Virus record (IMG/VR): IMGVR_UViG_3300046047_000103
Source of the DNA: a virus
Taxonomy: Duplodnaviria > Heunggongvirae > Uroviricota > Caudoviricetes
Length of the DNA: 64,000 bases
Direction: 5' to 3' (one strand)
The number at the start of each line of letters is the position of its first letter. Positions within the stretch are counted from its first letter, which is position 1. Both the position numbers and the translations under genes were made by a program. Below the pieces are notes generated by a model. That model made no database searches and had not been told where the DNA came from. It saw nothing but the letters and a program-made list of their open reading frames with translations. Below are positions 37,140-47,213 of this stretch, piece after piece.

Positions 37140-38597
37140 TCACATGGAGAACGGATTGATCGGACCGCCATTCAGATCTTCTATCGGGCTGACATGATCA
37201 TCCTTATGATCGTCATCATTGCCGGGTTCGGAAGATATGGACGGGGCGACGACGTTCACCGTGTCCTCGGCTGTCTGCACAAGACGCTTCCGTTCGATCT
37301 CGATGCCCTGCAGCCCGGCGTCAGCAGCAGCCTCGACCTGGGCTAGTCCGTCACCGTCAAGCTGGTACAGATCAGATCTCGCCAGCCGGATGGACGCATC
37401 CGCTATCTGGGTCGCGTGCGTGGAGTCGACGGCCGTGTTCCCCGCCACGATGGTCTTAAGATCATTGGCCTCGGCATCTAATGTCTTCAGCTTGTCAGCA
37501 ATGCTCTTCCTGTACTCGTCAGCCTCATTCCTGTCCGCGATCACTCCGTCTAGGGGATGTGCTTCAAGAGACTCGGAGTCATACCCGATCGTGCTGTTGA
37601 TCACAATGGGCTCATCGCCCTCGAACGATCTTATCGTGTTCCCCGCCGACTGGTGCTTCACGTAAAGACTCAAGTATCGCTCGGCTTCATATGGCTTCAA
37701 CGTGCATTCGGAGTCAAGCCTCCTATTAGACTGGAACCATGCCATTCGTCCATCGGAAGATACGGCCGTGTTCATAATCGCGGGCGGAACGGAATACTTC
37801 CCTCCATGCTTCGAGCCGATGTACTTCTCGACCTCCTTCGTAGCCGAGTCTGCGAGCTGGTGTGGCGTAGCCTTTCCGTCATTGTACTGCCAGCATAGCC
37901 AGCCGTCAGATGTCTCCAAGATGTAGCCAGGTCTGCGCACGGGCTTGGTGATCAACTTCTTCACGGTGTTGCTCTTCCTGATCCGCTTCAGGCCATAGAT
38001 CAGCATAGCCGCTCCAAGAATGCCTAGTCCGACACCTGAGTTGAAGGCAAGCATGATAACACCGGAGACGACGAGTGTGACGGCGCTTCCGTGCGTCGAT
38101 CGTCTGACGTCCATGAGAGCGCTGCTCATGGCCAGTTCATCAGCCGAGTACGCACTGGTAAGATCATCATTGAACGATGTGATATGATACGGCTCGTAAT
38201 TAGACAAGGCTTGCAGGACATCAGTCTCTATCGTGTATGACGGATCATACGAGACACCGATTGTCTGGCACTTGTTTGATCTCCAGTCCACGGATGAGAT
38301 CATGTCCTTCTGGACGATGTCCGCCCAATCTTCATGGCCCGTCTTCCGCATGTTCTCAATGACTTCACGGAGGATCACGCTGTTCTTGGACTTGAGAACA
38401 TCATCCTGGTAGCCGTACGGGAGCTGGATGTACAGCCCGCCGAATGATCCGTCAAGATTAGTTCTCGGCGTCCATCTGATCGCATGCTTGTCCAGGCTTG
38501 TCTGCCGGTAATTCCAGAATGGTCTCAGTTTGATGCCAGATCCGTCATGGTCAAGCCTGTCATGGACGAGATCTGTGCGAGATACTAATTCAGTCAT
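37140..38597 (-). CDS. hypothetical protein with a central TM hairpin
   Basis: 485-aa ORF. AVTLVVSGVIMLAFNSGVGLGILGAAMLIYGL. Confidence 0.45.
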   Translation of the reverse strand: MTELVSRTDLVHDRLDHDGSGIKLRPFWNYRQTSLDKHAIRWTPRTNLDGSFGGLYIQLPYGYQDDVLKSKNSVILREVIENMRKTGHEDWADIVQKDMISSVDWRSNKCQTIGVSYDPSYTIETDVLQALSNYEPYHITSFNDDLTSAYSADELAMSSALMDVRRSTHGSAVTLVVSGVIMLAFNSGVGLGILGAAMLIYGLKRIRKSNTVKKLITKPVRRPGYILETSDGWLCWQYNDGKATPHQLADSATKEVEKYIGSKHGGKYSVPPAIMNTAVSSDGRMAWFQSNRRLDSECTLKPYEAERYLSLYVKHQSAGNTIRSFEGDEPIVINSTIGYDSESLEAHPLDGVIADRNEADEYRKSIADKLKTLDAEANDLKTIVAGNTAVDSTHATQIADASIRLARSDLYQLDGDGLAQVEAAADAGLQGIEIERKRLVQTAEDTVNVVAPSISSEPGNDDDHKDDHVSPIEDLNGGPINPFSM

Positions 38598-38605
38598 GCT
38601 TCCTC

Positions 38606-39184
38606 CTACAGGTCAAGATGAGCTTTCTTGAGGGCTGGTGATGATCCGCCGTTCGCCACGATCCTAACCCTGCCGCTATTCAGCTGTATGGTACCCCGCA
38701 CGGTAAGATTACCGCTAGACGGCATCCATACCGCATCATACGTACCACCCTTGATGTCCTTGACGACGATGCCGTCACCATTTGACGTGAGGACGCTCTT
38801 GTCAGCAGTCGTGGCCAGTGAGATCGACTTGATCTCATACTCATTCACGATGTCGCGGAACTTGATGGTGGTTGGCCCTAACGGGGGTAAGAACATCTGC
38901 GTCAAGATCGTGACCGCGATGAGGATGACCGTGGATAAGATTCCGTTCCGGACCTTATCCCTGATCTTACCAGGGTCGATGGTGTTGATCGTCTGCATGA
39001 TCTTATGCTCTCGTCCCGTAGCCCTGTCAACCAGATCTGCACCGGCTTTCCATGTGATCAGTGCTGTCACTGCGAACACGCAAGCAATGATGAGTACCAG
39101 CATGATCATTCTCTTGATGCCACCGGTCTGGACGGCGACCGGATACTTTGACGCATCGACTCCAATGGCTAATATCGTGAACAT
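38606..39184 (-). CDS. membrane protein
   Basis: 192-aa ORF with an N-terminal TM. Confidence 0.4.
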   Translation of the reverse strand: MFTILAIGVDASKYPVAVQTGGIKRMIMLVLIIACVFAVTALITWKAGADLVDRATGREHKIMQTINTIDPGKIRDKVRNGILSTVILIAVTILTQMFLPPLGPTTIKFRDIVNEYEIKSISLATTADKSVLTSNGDGIVVKDIKGGTYDAVWMPSSGNLTVRGTIQLNSGRVRIVANGGSSPALKKAHLDL

Positions 39185-39263
39185 TCCAGCTCCCTAGCAA
39201 GGTTGATCTTCATGGAATGAAGATATTCAGGGTGATGTTAGATCTCATTCGTAGGGAGGTCTT

Positions 39264-40751
39264 ATGAGCGTGAAGATCAGGTACGGTGTGGATGATCATG
39301 GCATGTTAAGCCCGTGCAGAGCTAAGCATGGCAATGAGGGCAAGTACGGCTGCCATCACGTTGATCATGTAGAGTTGACGCGAGACGAGTATCAAGAGCG
39401 AATGGAGCAGGCTTACAAGAACAGCGTGCTCGGTGAATCCTCTGCTCTTGGTCACAGAAATGATGGCCATTCTGAGGCCAGGAAGATCTCGCACATTGCC
39501 AAGCCTATCACTGAGATACCACATATAGATTCCGGTCAATATGATCGCACTACTGGAAGATTTCTCAATTCTCCAATAGCTCTTATGGAATACGATCATG
39601 AGAGCATGAAGAACGGGTACGCAAGCATCTTCACGGTCGTAGGTCATGATGGTGTGGATAAGATCGCATTAGACGATAAGATCCGGGGCCTGTCAGCATT
39701 GTCGCCAGATGAGGTCGAGGCCCGTGGCGCTAAGATCGCTAGTGAATTGGGTCTTGATGCGAATCATGTCAAGTCTGATGAGCTCGTCCGCAGATGGTTC
39801 CATGATAATAACGATGGAAGCAATGATCATCATGATGAGATCGTTGGTCCACTTCGTAATGATCTCATGAGGGAGATCGTTCCATTCCTTCCGCGTTCGG
39901 TCACGTCTTCCCATGACAGTATTCCGTTGAGCGCATCATACGCTAAGGCTGACACGATCCAGAGACGATACGGTCAGAAGGATACGAAGGAGGGTAAAGT
40001 CGCTGGATTCTACTCGACCGCTGGAACATGGTCTGAGAACGTTGTTCATGAGGTTGGGTTCAATAAGACCATGACGTTCGGAGCCAAGGATGTGTTGGAG
40101 TCGATACCAATCGGCCATGTTTTCTATAATGGATCGGGGCACGGGATGGGTGACCCAGTGAATGATACCCCTGACGCTCTGTCGAATGCAGCCGGAGGAA
40201 TGGAGGCCGGTGTAGGATGGATGAAGGTCAGTGATTCTACATGCAAGAAGGTTTGGATCGGTAAACGTCCAAGAGGTCATGACGGGACAAGATACGTGAA
40301 GATATCTGATTCGGTGACCTTATCAGGATGGAAGAAAGACAGATCTACTCATCATGTGAAGGTGTATGAAGTCCAGTCACAGGATGATAAGGCCGGTCAT
40401 ATCATCGTCATCAGGAGGCACGGATCCAGGGACAGTGTGAATTCAAAAGATTTCATGCTGAATCAGCTTGCTCATGAGTACACGCATTATCTCACGCATC
40501 AGCATCCGGGGCTTATGGATCCGGTCGGGAAGATGTATGACTCCCTCAAGGAGAAGAACGGATTCCCGAGGGCTAACGAGTATGCGGAGAGTCCGATCTA
40601 CATGGAGACGAATCCAACCGAATTCATCGCTGAGGCAACCGCGAGGATGATCCAGCCAAAAGGGCTGGCATCGTTATACGGATCTGACCATGACGAGCAG
40701 CTGAAGCGTCTTAGGAACTGGACGATAGGGTTCTGGGCGTCCCTCGCATAA
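39264..40751 (+). CDS. Cys/His-module family protein with a C-terminal HExxH zincin-like domain
   Basis: N-terminal SPCRAKHGNEGKYGCHH...HVELTRDEYQERMEQ. C-terminal LAHEYTHYLTHQ (HExxHxxxQ, zincin / DUF4157-like). Confidence 0.55.
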   Translation: MSVKIRYGVDDHGMLSPCRAKHGNEGKYGCHHVDHVELTRDEYQERMEQAYKNSVLGESSALGHRNDGHSEARKISHIAKPITEIPHIDSGQYDRTTGRFLNSPIALMEYDHESMKNGYASIFTVVGHDGVDKIALDDKIRGLSALSPDEVEARGAKIASELGLDANHVKSDELVRRWFHDNNDGSNDHHDEIVGPLRNDLMREIVPFLPRSVTSSHDSIPLSASYAKADTIQRRYGQKDTKEGKVAGFYSTAGTWSENVVHEVGFNKTMTFGAKDVLESIPIGHVFYNGSGHGMGDPVNDTPDALSNAAGGMEAGVGWMKVSDSTCKKVWIGKRPRGHDGTRYVKISDSVTLSGWKKDRSTHHVKVYEVQSQDDKAGHIIVIRRHGSRDSVNSKDFMLNQLAHEYTHYLTHQHPGLMDPVGKMYDSLKEKNGFPRANEYAESPIYMETNPTEFIAEATARMIQPKGLASLYGSDHDEQLKRLRNWTIGFWASLA

Positions 40752-40835
40752 GGTCACGGATCCATTTGCCGTATGATCTTATCTGTTGTATGATGATCTT
40801 GATCGAAGCGTTCTCCTCGATGAAAGAAATGATCA

Positions 40836-41894
40836 ATGAACATCATAGAGTCAAACAACTCGTTAAGCATCTTCCCTGATGGGGTGAAGGTCTATAAGAC
40901 CATACCGGCCGGCGTCTATAAGATAGAGTCAAGCGCTACTTCCGGATTCTATCTGGTGCGGCGCGGTGATCTTCCGGTGGACGGTAAGGTCTACGGGAAT
41001 CGTGATCATGAGGTCGATAAGGTCTTCACCATGTTCAATCACGTGGACAAGTCCCTCGGAGTGATCCTCTCCGGTCCTAAGGGCATTGGTAAGACCCTGT
41101 TCTCAAGAATGCTTGCACGGCATGCGATCAGTGTTGGGATTCCGGTCATTCTCGTGACTGACAACACTGATGGGATCCAGAATTATCTTGAAAGCATTGA
41201 CCAGAAGGCCATGATCTTGTTCGACGAGTTCGAGAAGACCTTCCTGAACGTCTCATCGGACAATACAGGTGGATGCACTCAGGACGATCTGCTCTCCCTG
41301 TTCGATGGGCTATCCACCGCCAAGCACTTGAACGTGATTACCGTGAATGACATCGGCAGGGTAAGCTCATTCCTCGTGAATCGTCCTGGAAGATTCCATT
41401 TCAACATCAGGTTCATGTATCCAACCGCTGATGAGATCAGGGAGTACTTGCATGATCAGCTGGATGACCAGGAGTATGAAGACATCGATGAGATCGTCCA
41501 GTTCTCCGGGAAGTACCCGTTGAATTACGATTGCCTCAAGGCCATCGTCGATGAGGTCAATCTGTTCCATGAGCCGTTCGAGGACACGATCAAGGACCTT
41601 AACATCGTCAACTGGGGCATCGAATCGATCTTCAAGTATCAGGTCGTATGGAAGAATGGAAGGGTATGGTCTACAACCGAGACTGATGCTCCGTTCAATG
41701 ATAGCATGTCATTCATCTTCGACGATGGGAATTACTGCGATAACGTCGAGATACCCACGTCTAATATGGAGAGGGACAGGAATGGGAACATCGTGGTGAC
41801 AGATCTCAGCTTCATAGATAGCCATTTCCCTGATCGAGCGAATCTTGAGAAGATCGTGATCTCAATTGACCGGAAGGACTACCTGGCATTCTGA
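40836..41894 (+). CDS. AAA+ ATPase
   Basis: Walker A GPKGIGKT and Walker B ILFDEFE. Confidence 0.6.
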   Translation: MNIIESNNSLSIFPDGVKVYKTIPAGVYKIESSATSGFYLVRRGDLPVDGKVYGNRDHEVDKVFTMFNHVDKSLGVILSGPKGIGKTLFSRMLARHAISVGIPVILVTDNTDGIQNYLESIDQKAMILFDEFEKTFLNVSSDNTGGCTQDDLLSLFDGLSTAKHLNVITVNDIGRVSSFLVNRPGRFHFNIRFMYPTADEIREYLHDQLDDQEYEDIDEIVQFSGKYPLNYDCLKAIVDEVNLFHEPFEDTIKDLNIVNWGIESIFKYQVVWKNGRVWSTTETDAPFNDSMSFIFDDGNYCDNVEIPTSNMERDRNGNIVVTDLSFIDSHFPDRANLEKIVISIDRKDYLAF

Positions 41895-42012
41895 TCATTC
41901 AAGGGGCTAGATGCATCATTGCGTCTAGCCCCTTATTGGCATGTTAACCCCCTCTTCACGCATGAGATTGACCTAACATGTTGTTAGATTGATTCCATGG
42001 TAGATAGATCTA

Positions 42013-42603
42013 TTGACGGAGGTGTCTATGAGATGTCATCTTGGTAAGAATGGTAAGATGGCTCCATGCCACGCGGAGAAGAAGGCATGTCCACTTGGAT
42101 CTAGTCGGCACGTTGATCTTAAAGACATCGAGTCGGTAAGACAGTACAATGACTTCAGCGGAAGCGATGACTACAGTCACCTGTCATCACATGTGAGAGC
42201 AACGATCATACGCCGCGGATCGTTGAATGATCGGCAATACGAGTCAAGCGTCGGTGACGCTATGCAAGCCGGTGATGATCCAAGCTCTCCAGGATACATC
42301 ACCCAGGCCGTTCGGAATGGGGACGCGGCTGCGTTCATGAGGGTCGCGGAAACTGACAAGTTCAATTCTTTACCAGATGAGATTGTAGACAAGACCTATG
42401 AACGGATCGTCAATGATGCGGCCATTGATCCAGAGTCAAGGTCTGGCGAGAATGAGGAGGCGTTGCAGTCTATCCACTCCATGTTCGTTGGCATGAGAAA
42501 CAATGATGCGATAGATAAAAGAACGCGTGGATGGGCTACGTACATGGCCATGAAGATGGAGAGATCTGTACCCGTCCATTACTACACGACCGTGGGAGCA
42601 TAG
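42013..42603 (+). CDS. Cys/His-module family protein
   Basis: N-terminal GKNGKMAPCHAEKKACP. Confidence 0.45.
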   Translation: MTEVSMRCHLGKNGKMAPCHAEKKACPLGSSRHVDLKDIESVRQYNDFSGSDDYSHLSSHVRATIIRRGSLNDRQYESSVGDAMQAGDDPSSPGYITQAVRNGDAAAFMRVAETDKFNSLPDEIVDKTYERIVNDAAIDPESRSGENEEALQSIHSMFVGMRNNDAIDKRTRGWATYMAMKMERSVPVHYYTTVGA

Positions 42604-42613
42604 GAGGCGGCTG

Positions 42614-43738
42614 ATGCTGTACGGAATCAAGAAGAGTAATGACGGATCGGTTAAGATCACTCCGTGCAGAGCGAAGGATCCGGAGCACTGCCCGTATCAT
42701 ACGAAGCATGTGGAATGGTCTAAGCAGGAGTATCAGGATAAGATGGAAGAGCTGCTAGCGCCTGTCACCGGCAACAAGCTCAGCAAGATGTCCACAGACG
42801 GTGAATACGATGAACCGGCATCAATCATCATGTTCGATCATACGATACTAGATCATCTTGAGCATAAGAACTACGACCCCCAGTATGACATGATCGATGA
42901 CTACCGCAGTCTGGATACGGCTGGTCTTAGCGCTGGCGATGCAAGAGCAGTGAGGTCTCAGGCCGAGAACATTCTTGCTGACAGGATCAGCGCCAACAGC
43001 CCCGTGGCCGGCGACAGCATAGCCATGGAGCTCATCGAGGGCGATGATGAGCATCGTGGTCTTGGCAGGCCGTTCGCTATGAAGCTTCTTGAGCGCATGG
43101 ACGATCTGTCGTCAGACATGGCGAACGATCTGATCACATATGATCTCTCCACGGAGGGCGATGAAGATCATGCCGTCACGATGAAGATCATCAAGGACAC
43201 TGGCCGTCGGAACAAGTACGGGGTCCATCTGCATCGGATCGTATCCCAGCGTGGGGACATCAGCGACCCCATCGTGCAGGCAGCCGTGAAGAAGATCGAT
43301 TGGTCTAAGATGGATCTTGACATCTCATTCGGTGACAAGGTGTGGGATGACAAGGCCACCCGTGCGTCCATGGTAAGCAGGTTGAAGCGTCTGGCCCCGA
43401 AGAACGTGAGTCAGTCACTGTACGTTGATCTTTATGATCCGAGGGTCAAGCTCTCGTATGATCATAAGAATGAGCTTGCAGGCAAGTTGACCAGGTATGA
43501 TGACAGGGTTACGTTCTTGAAGAATCTTGATCTTGCCAATGATGTCGAGCCTGTTCGCATCATGTTTGATCATATGGATCGTGACCATAGTGCTAGCGGT
43601 TTTGCCTTCAAGTCGACCGTTGCCAGGGCGGTCACCGAGGGCCGTAAGGTGCACCGATCCATCCTCCATGAGATCGGGTTCGATGACGAGAAGGCGGCTG
43701 GGGTCTGGCTCCGAAAGCTTCAGGGAACTCATCGCTGA
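42614..43738 (+). CDS. Cys/His-module family protein
   Basis: N-terminal DGSVKITPCRAKDPEHCPYHTKHVEWSKQEYQDKMEE. Confidence 0.5.
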   Translation: MLYGIKKSNDGSVKITPCRAKDPEHCPYHTKHVEWSKQEYQDKMEELLAPVTGNKLSKMSTDGEYDEPASIIMFDHTILDHLEHKNYDPQYDMIDDYRSLDTAGLSAGDARAVRSQAENILADRISANSPVAGDSIAMELIEGDDEHRGLGRPFAMKLLERMDDLSSDMANDLITYDLSTEGDEDHAVTMKIIKDTGRRNKYGVHLHRIVSQRGDISDPIVQAAVKKIDWSKMDLDISFGDKVWDDKATRASMVSRLKRLAPKNVSQSLYVDLYDPRVKLSYDHKNELAGKLTRYDDRVTFLKNLDLANDVEPVRIMFDHMDRDHSASGFAFKSTVARAVTEGRKVHRSILHEIGFDDEKAAGVWLRKLQGTHR

Positions 43739-43838
43739 CCGTTAGCTTCGGCGCGTCTGAACGATCTGCGTGATACGATAGAATTGTTCGATGACGGAAG
43801 CACCGTTCTAGCGGACTGGCGGAGAATGGAATGGTAAG

Positions 43839-45323
43839 ATGGCAGATTCAAGGATCTGGGGATCCGGCGAGGCGAAGCCTATCCATATCAGTGACGATGG
43901 TCTGATACGGCCATGTGAAGATCCAGGGCATTGCAGATTCAAGGAGAGGAATCTGCAGGTCGCCGTGCGCGCGGATGCGGATCATGAATCCATGGTGCTG
44001 GCACTTGCCGCCAGACTCTTCCACGAGAATCTTCTCAAGCTCCCGGCTGGTCATATCGCCGTAAGAGACATGGATGAGCGCGGCATACCGATTACTGACG
44101 AGCATCTGGGATGGATGCCGTCACGACAAGCAGCGCTGCGGCAGCTGCGAGCATCTGGTCTCACAGATCTTGACCTGCTAGAGTCAGGTCTGGCTGATCT
44201 TGCCGCTGGAAGTACTGATCTACAGATCTTCGCTCATGACAGGCTGACGATCTCCGTCCATGATGCTGGCAGGGTGGCCGCATTCTATGCAAGATCATAC
44301 GCTGATAAGACCTGCGGCCCTAGGACAGCTAAGATCGGTGACGCTACGGCTACCATGACATCGGGTCTTAAGTACGTGAGGTCAAGACCGGCGTCATACA
44401 TGGTTCCGCCGCGTGATCCAAAGAGTCAGAGATTCACGAAGCCGTACGAGGACCCGATGTTCCTTCTTGACGAGAATCAGGGGGAGATCCGCAAGCGTGA
44501 CGCGATCATCATCGTGGAGGGTCAGCTGGATGCGCTTGCTTGCACGGCTGCGGGCATTAAGAACGTGGTGGCCATAGCCGGGATGACGAACTTCTACCAG
44601 CATCAGCTTGATGAGTGCAAGTGTCTGCTGACAAGCGCAGGCAAGATCATCCTATGCCTTGATGCGGATGACGCCGGTATCCGTGGTCTCTCCAGCGTGA
44701 TCAGAAGATTCCCGGATGAGGACATCCGTGCGTGCAGCCTGCCGGACGGGAAGGACCCCTGCGAGTACCGGGCTGAGCACGGTGACGACGCTCTGAGAAG
44801 AGCGCTTGATGATCATGAAGATGGTAAAAGGTTCATGGTCCGAAGGACGCCGTATGGTGAGATCCCGCGGCTTATCGCTGCCGTCAACGATGCTGGCAAG
44901 AGGGATGATCTGATACGATTCGCGGCAGGTCTTGACGCTAACACATGGACGGTTGACGGTCTTGCCGATCATGTCCGCAAGCTGTATCCGGTTGAGAGCC
45001 ATCATGCTCACCAGCGTCCGTACCGTGAGCGCAGGCGCTGGGTGAGAGCGCTTGGAGTCTATCCAGGCTCACTGACACCCAGTAAGAGCTTTGAGGATCG
45101 GTTACGATCTAATGACAGACTCAGACTGATCGCGTCCGTCGCCCTTCTGGCAAGACGAGATGGAGTCACCCTGGATAGCACTGTACGTAGCATGGTCCCA
45201 AAGAAGTTGAGATCCGCCGATGATGCTGACCCGATCTGGAAGATCGTGGAGGATGTCATGGATGAGGGATCTTTACAAGATCTTCTCGATAAGATCAGAT
45301 CCGCGACGTTACGGCATGTCTAA
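43839..45323 (+). CDS. Cys/His-module family protein with a Toprim domain (primase-like)
   Basis: N-terminal DDGLIRPCEDPGHCRF. Toprim signature IIIVEGQLDALACTAAGIKNVVAIAGMT...ILCLDADDAG. Confidence 0.55.
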   Translation: MADSRIWGSGEAKPIHISDDGLIRPCEDPGHCRFKERNLQVAVRADADHESMVLALAARLFHENLLKLPAGHIAVRDMDERGIPITDEHLGWMPSRQAALRQLRASGLTDLDLLESGLADLAAGSTDLQIFAHDRLTISVHDAGRVAAFYARSYADKTCGPRTAKIGDATATMTSGLKYVRSRPASYMVPPRDPKSQRFTKPYEDPMFLLDENQGEIRKRDAIIIVEGQLDALACTAAGIKNVVAIAGMTNFYQHQLDECKCLLTSAGKIILCLDADDAGIRGLSSVIRRFPDEDIRACSLPDGKDPCEYRAEHGDDALRRALDDHEDGKRFMVRRTPYGEIPRLIAAVNDAGKRDDLIRFAAGLDANTWTVDGLADHVRKLYPVESHHAHQRPYRERRRWVRALGVYPGSLTPSKSFEDRLRSNDRLRLIASVALLARRDGVTLDSTVRSMVPKKLRSADDADPIWKIVEDVMDEGSLQDLLDKIRSATLRHV

Positions 45324-45332
45324 GGGCCCCTT

Positions 45333-46613
45333 ATGATGATAGACTCCATGAACATGAACAGAACAAGGATCTACTTCTTACAGGGATGCCATGGATCCGG
45401 TAAGACTAATTTCATTGCTAGTAACGGACTTCAAGACTATACGGTGTCCATAGATGAGATCATAACGGCCTTGCATCCAACGGCCGACCGGTATGATCCG
45501 GTTACTGGGGAGATCCGATCCCATGAGGTTGATGTCACTAGGGACACCCTGTCATCAGCTCTTGACGTCGCGCAGTCCATCATCGAGCGTCGGATGCAGC
45601 TAGGCTCCGTCATCATCGTGGACTGGCTAGACGTGAAGCGGAGACGGATCGGTAAGATGATTGATCTCGCCTCGAAGTACCGGTACGGCGTGTCATTCGT
45701 TGACGTCCAGCGCGGGCTGACGCTCGATGAAGCTGTGGACAGATCGTATCCGTTATGGCCGCAGGATGAGGTCATGAAGACATGGACTGACAAGCACCAT
45801 TTCGAGTACGGTCGAGACGATGAGGTGATCACGCCAGCCGAGCTTGCCAGCAGGATGCATGTGAGTGAGGTCGATCTGTCCCCATATGATCGCGTCAACG
45901 TGGTTGGTGACATCCAGGGGTGCTTCCATGCGCTGGAGAGATCCGGTCTTGACAAGCATGCGGACAATGAGTACACGATCTTCTGTGGAGATCTGTTCGA
46001 CAGGGGTCCAGCTGATGAAGCCGGTCCGATGTTCGACTGGCTGGTTGATCATATCAGTGATGATCATATGACGTTCGTCCGTGGGAACCATGACTCGTAC
46101 ATCAAGTACTATGGTAATCCCGTGTACAAGCCGTACTCCAAGTCTACGGTCGACACGATCAATGAGATCATGCAGGATGCGGCCAGTGTCCGCGGATCGG
46201 ATAAGATGCTGCGCCGGCATGGTCACCGGATCAATGATGGGATGGTCGACTTCTTCCCGTTCAGGATCAATGGGAAGCATTACTTCGCATCTCATGCCGG
46301 TGTCCATCCGAATGATCTTCCGTACACAGATCTGGGAGGGTCGAGGACATATGAGATCGGCTTCGATACCGGAGCTAAGTACTGGTACGGAACAGGGTTA
46401 AGACCAGGATTCCATGACTACAGGATCGACATCGACAAGATCGTGGACGCTACGGACACTGACATCATCCAGTTCCATGGCCACAGGAATGAGTACAAGC
46501 ATCGTCCTGATGAGTACGGCAAGATCTTCAATCTTGAGACCGGAGTGGAGAAGGGCGGCAAGCTGAGTACGGCGACGATCGTGAACGGCGGGGTAACCAT
46601 CCAGCAATTCTGA
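45333..46613 (+). CDS. polynucleotide kinase-phosphatase-like protein (P-loop kinase plus calcineurin-like metallophosphoesterase)
   Basis: GCHGSGKTNF (T4 Pnk-like Walker A). GDIQGCF, FCGDLFDRGP and VRGNHD (metallophosphatase motifs). Confidence 0.6.
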   Translation: MMIDSMNMNRTRIYFLQGCHGSGKTNFIASNGLQDYTVSIDEIITALHPTADRYDPVTGEIRSHEVDVTRDTLSSALDVAQSIIERRMQLGSVIIVDWLDVKRRRIGKMIDLASKYRYGVSFVDVQRGLTLDEAVDRSYPLWPQDEVMKTWTDKHHFEYGRDDEVITPAELASRMHVSEVDLSPYDRVNVVGDIQGCFHALERSGLDKHADNEYTIFCGDLFDRGPADEAGPMFDWLVDHISDDHMTFVRGNHDSYIKYYGNPVYKPYSKSTVDTINEIMQDAASVRGSDKMLRRHGHRINDGMVDFFPFRINGKHYFASHAGVHPNDLPYTDLGGSRTYEIGFDTGAKYWYGTGLRPGFHDYRIDIDKIVDATDTDIIQFHGHRNEYKHRPDEYGKIFNLETGVEKGGKLSTATIVNGGVTIQQF

Positions 46614-46619
46614 CTCTGG

Positions 46620-47204
46620 TCACTTGGATCCGGTTGGCAGGTTCCGTCCCCACTGGATGAGCTCGGTGGTGACCGCACCATGGACGCCATCATCAATGGT
46701 GACGGTGATGATCTTGTGCTTCAGATCATCACCGTCACTGGTTGAGGTCTTCACGATCTTCCACTGCTTCCAGGCGGTGAGGTCAGACTTGTTCTCACCG
46801 GTCGCATGATCTTTCCGGATGCAGGTCTTCAGATCGTTCTTGGCATACGTGGCACGGATCATCATATGCAGATCATTGGTGTCAGCATCAGTACTCATGG
46901 TGACGGATGGGGTGCAGTCCCTCCACGTCTTGAACTGGATGATCAGGCTCTTGTCCGCATTCTGCTTCCACGATGGTGACGGGTCTCTAGACGGCAGCGT
47001 CGAATAGATGATCGACGGCTTGCTGATCTGTGAGATCGTGTACCCCCGGTCACCACGGTTGAGTGCGCTGATGACCGCAGGTGCGGATAGGGCCGCAACC
47101 AGCATGACGGCAAGCAGGGACATGAATACGATCTTATTCTTATCCCATCTGGAGGGAATCAGTTGCATGCGATCCATGATACCGCCCTGATATCTTGCTG
47201 TCAT
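46620..47204 (-). CDS. signal-anchored secreted hypothetical protein
   Basis: 194-aa ORF with an N-terminal TM. Confidence 0.4.
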   Translation of the reverse strand: MTARYQGGIMDRMQLIPSRWDKNKIVFMSLLAVMLVAALSAPAVISALNRGDRGYTISQISKPSIIYSTLPSRDPSPSWKQNADKSLIIQFKTWRDCTPSVTMSTDADTNDLHMMIRATYAKNDLKTCIRKDHATGENKSDLTAWKQWKIVKTSTSDGDDLKHKIITVTIDDGVHGAVTTELIQWGRNLPTGSK

Positions 47205-47213
47205 GGTTGATGA

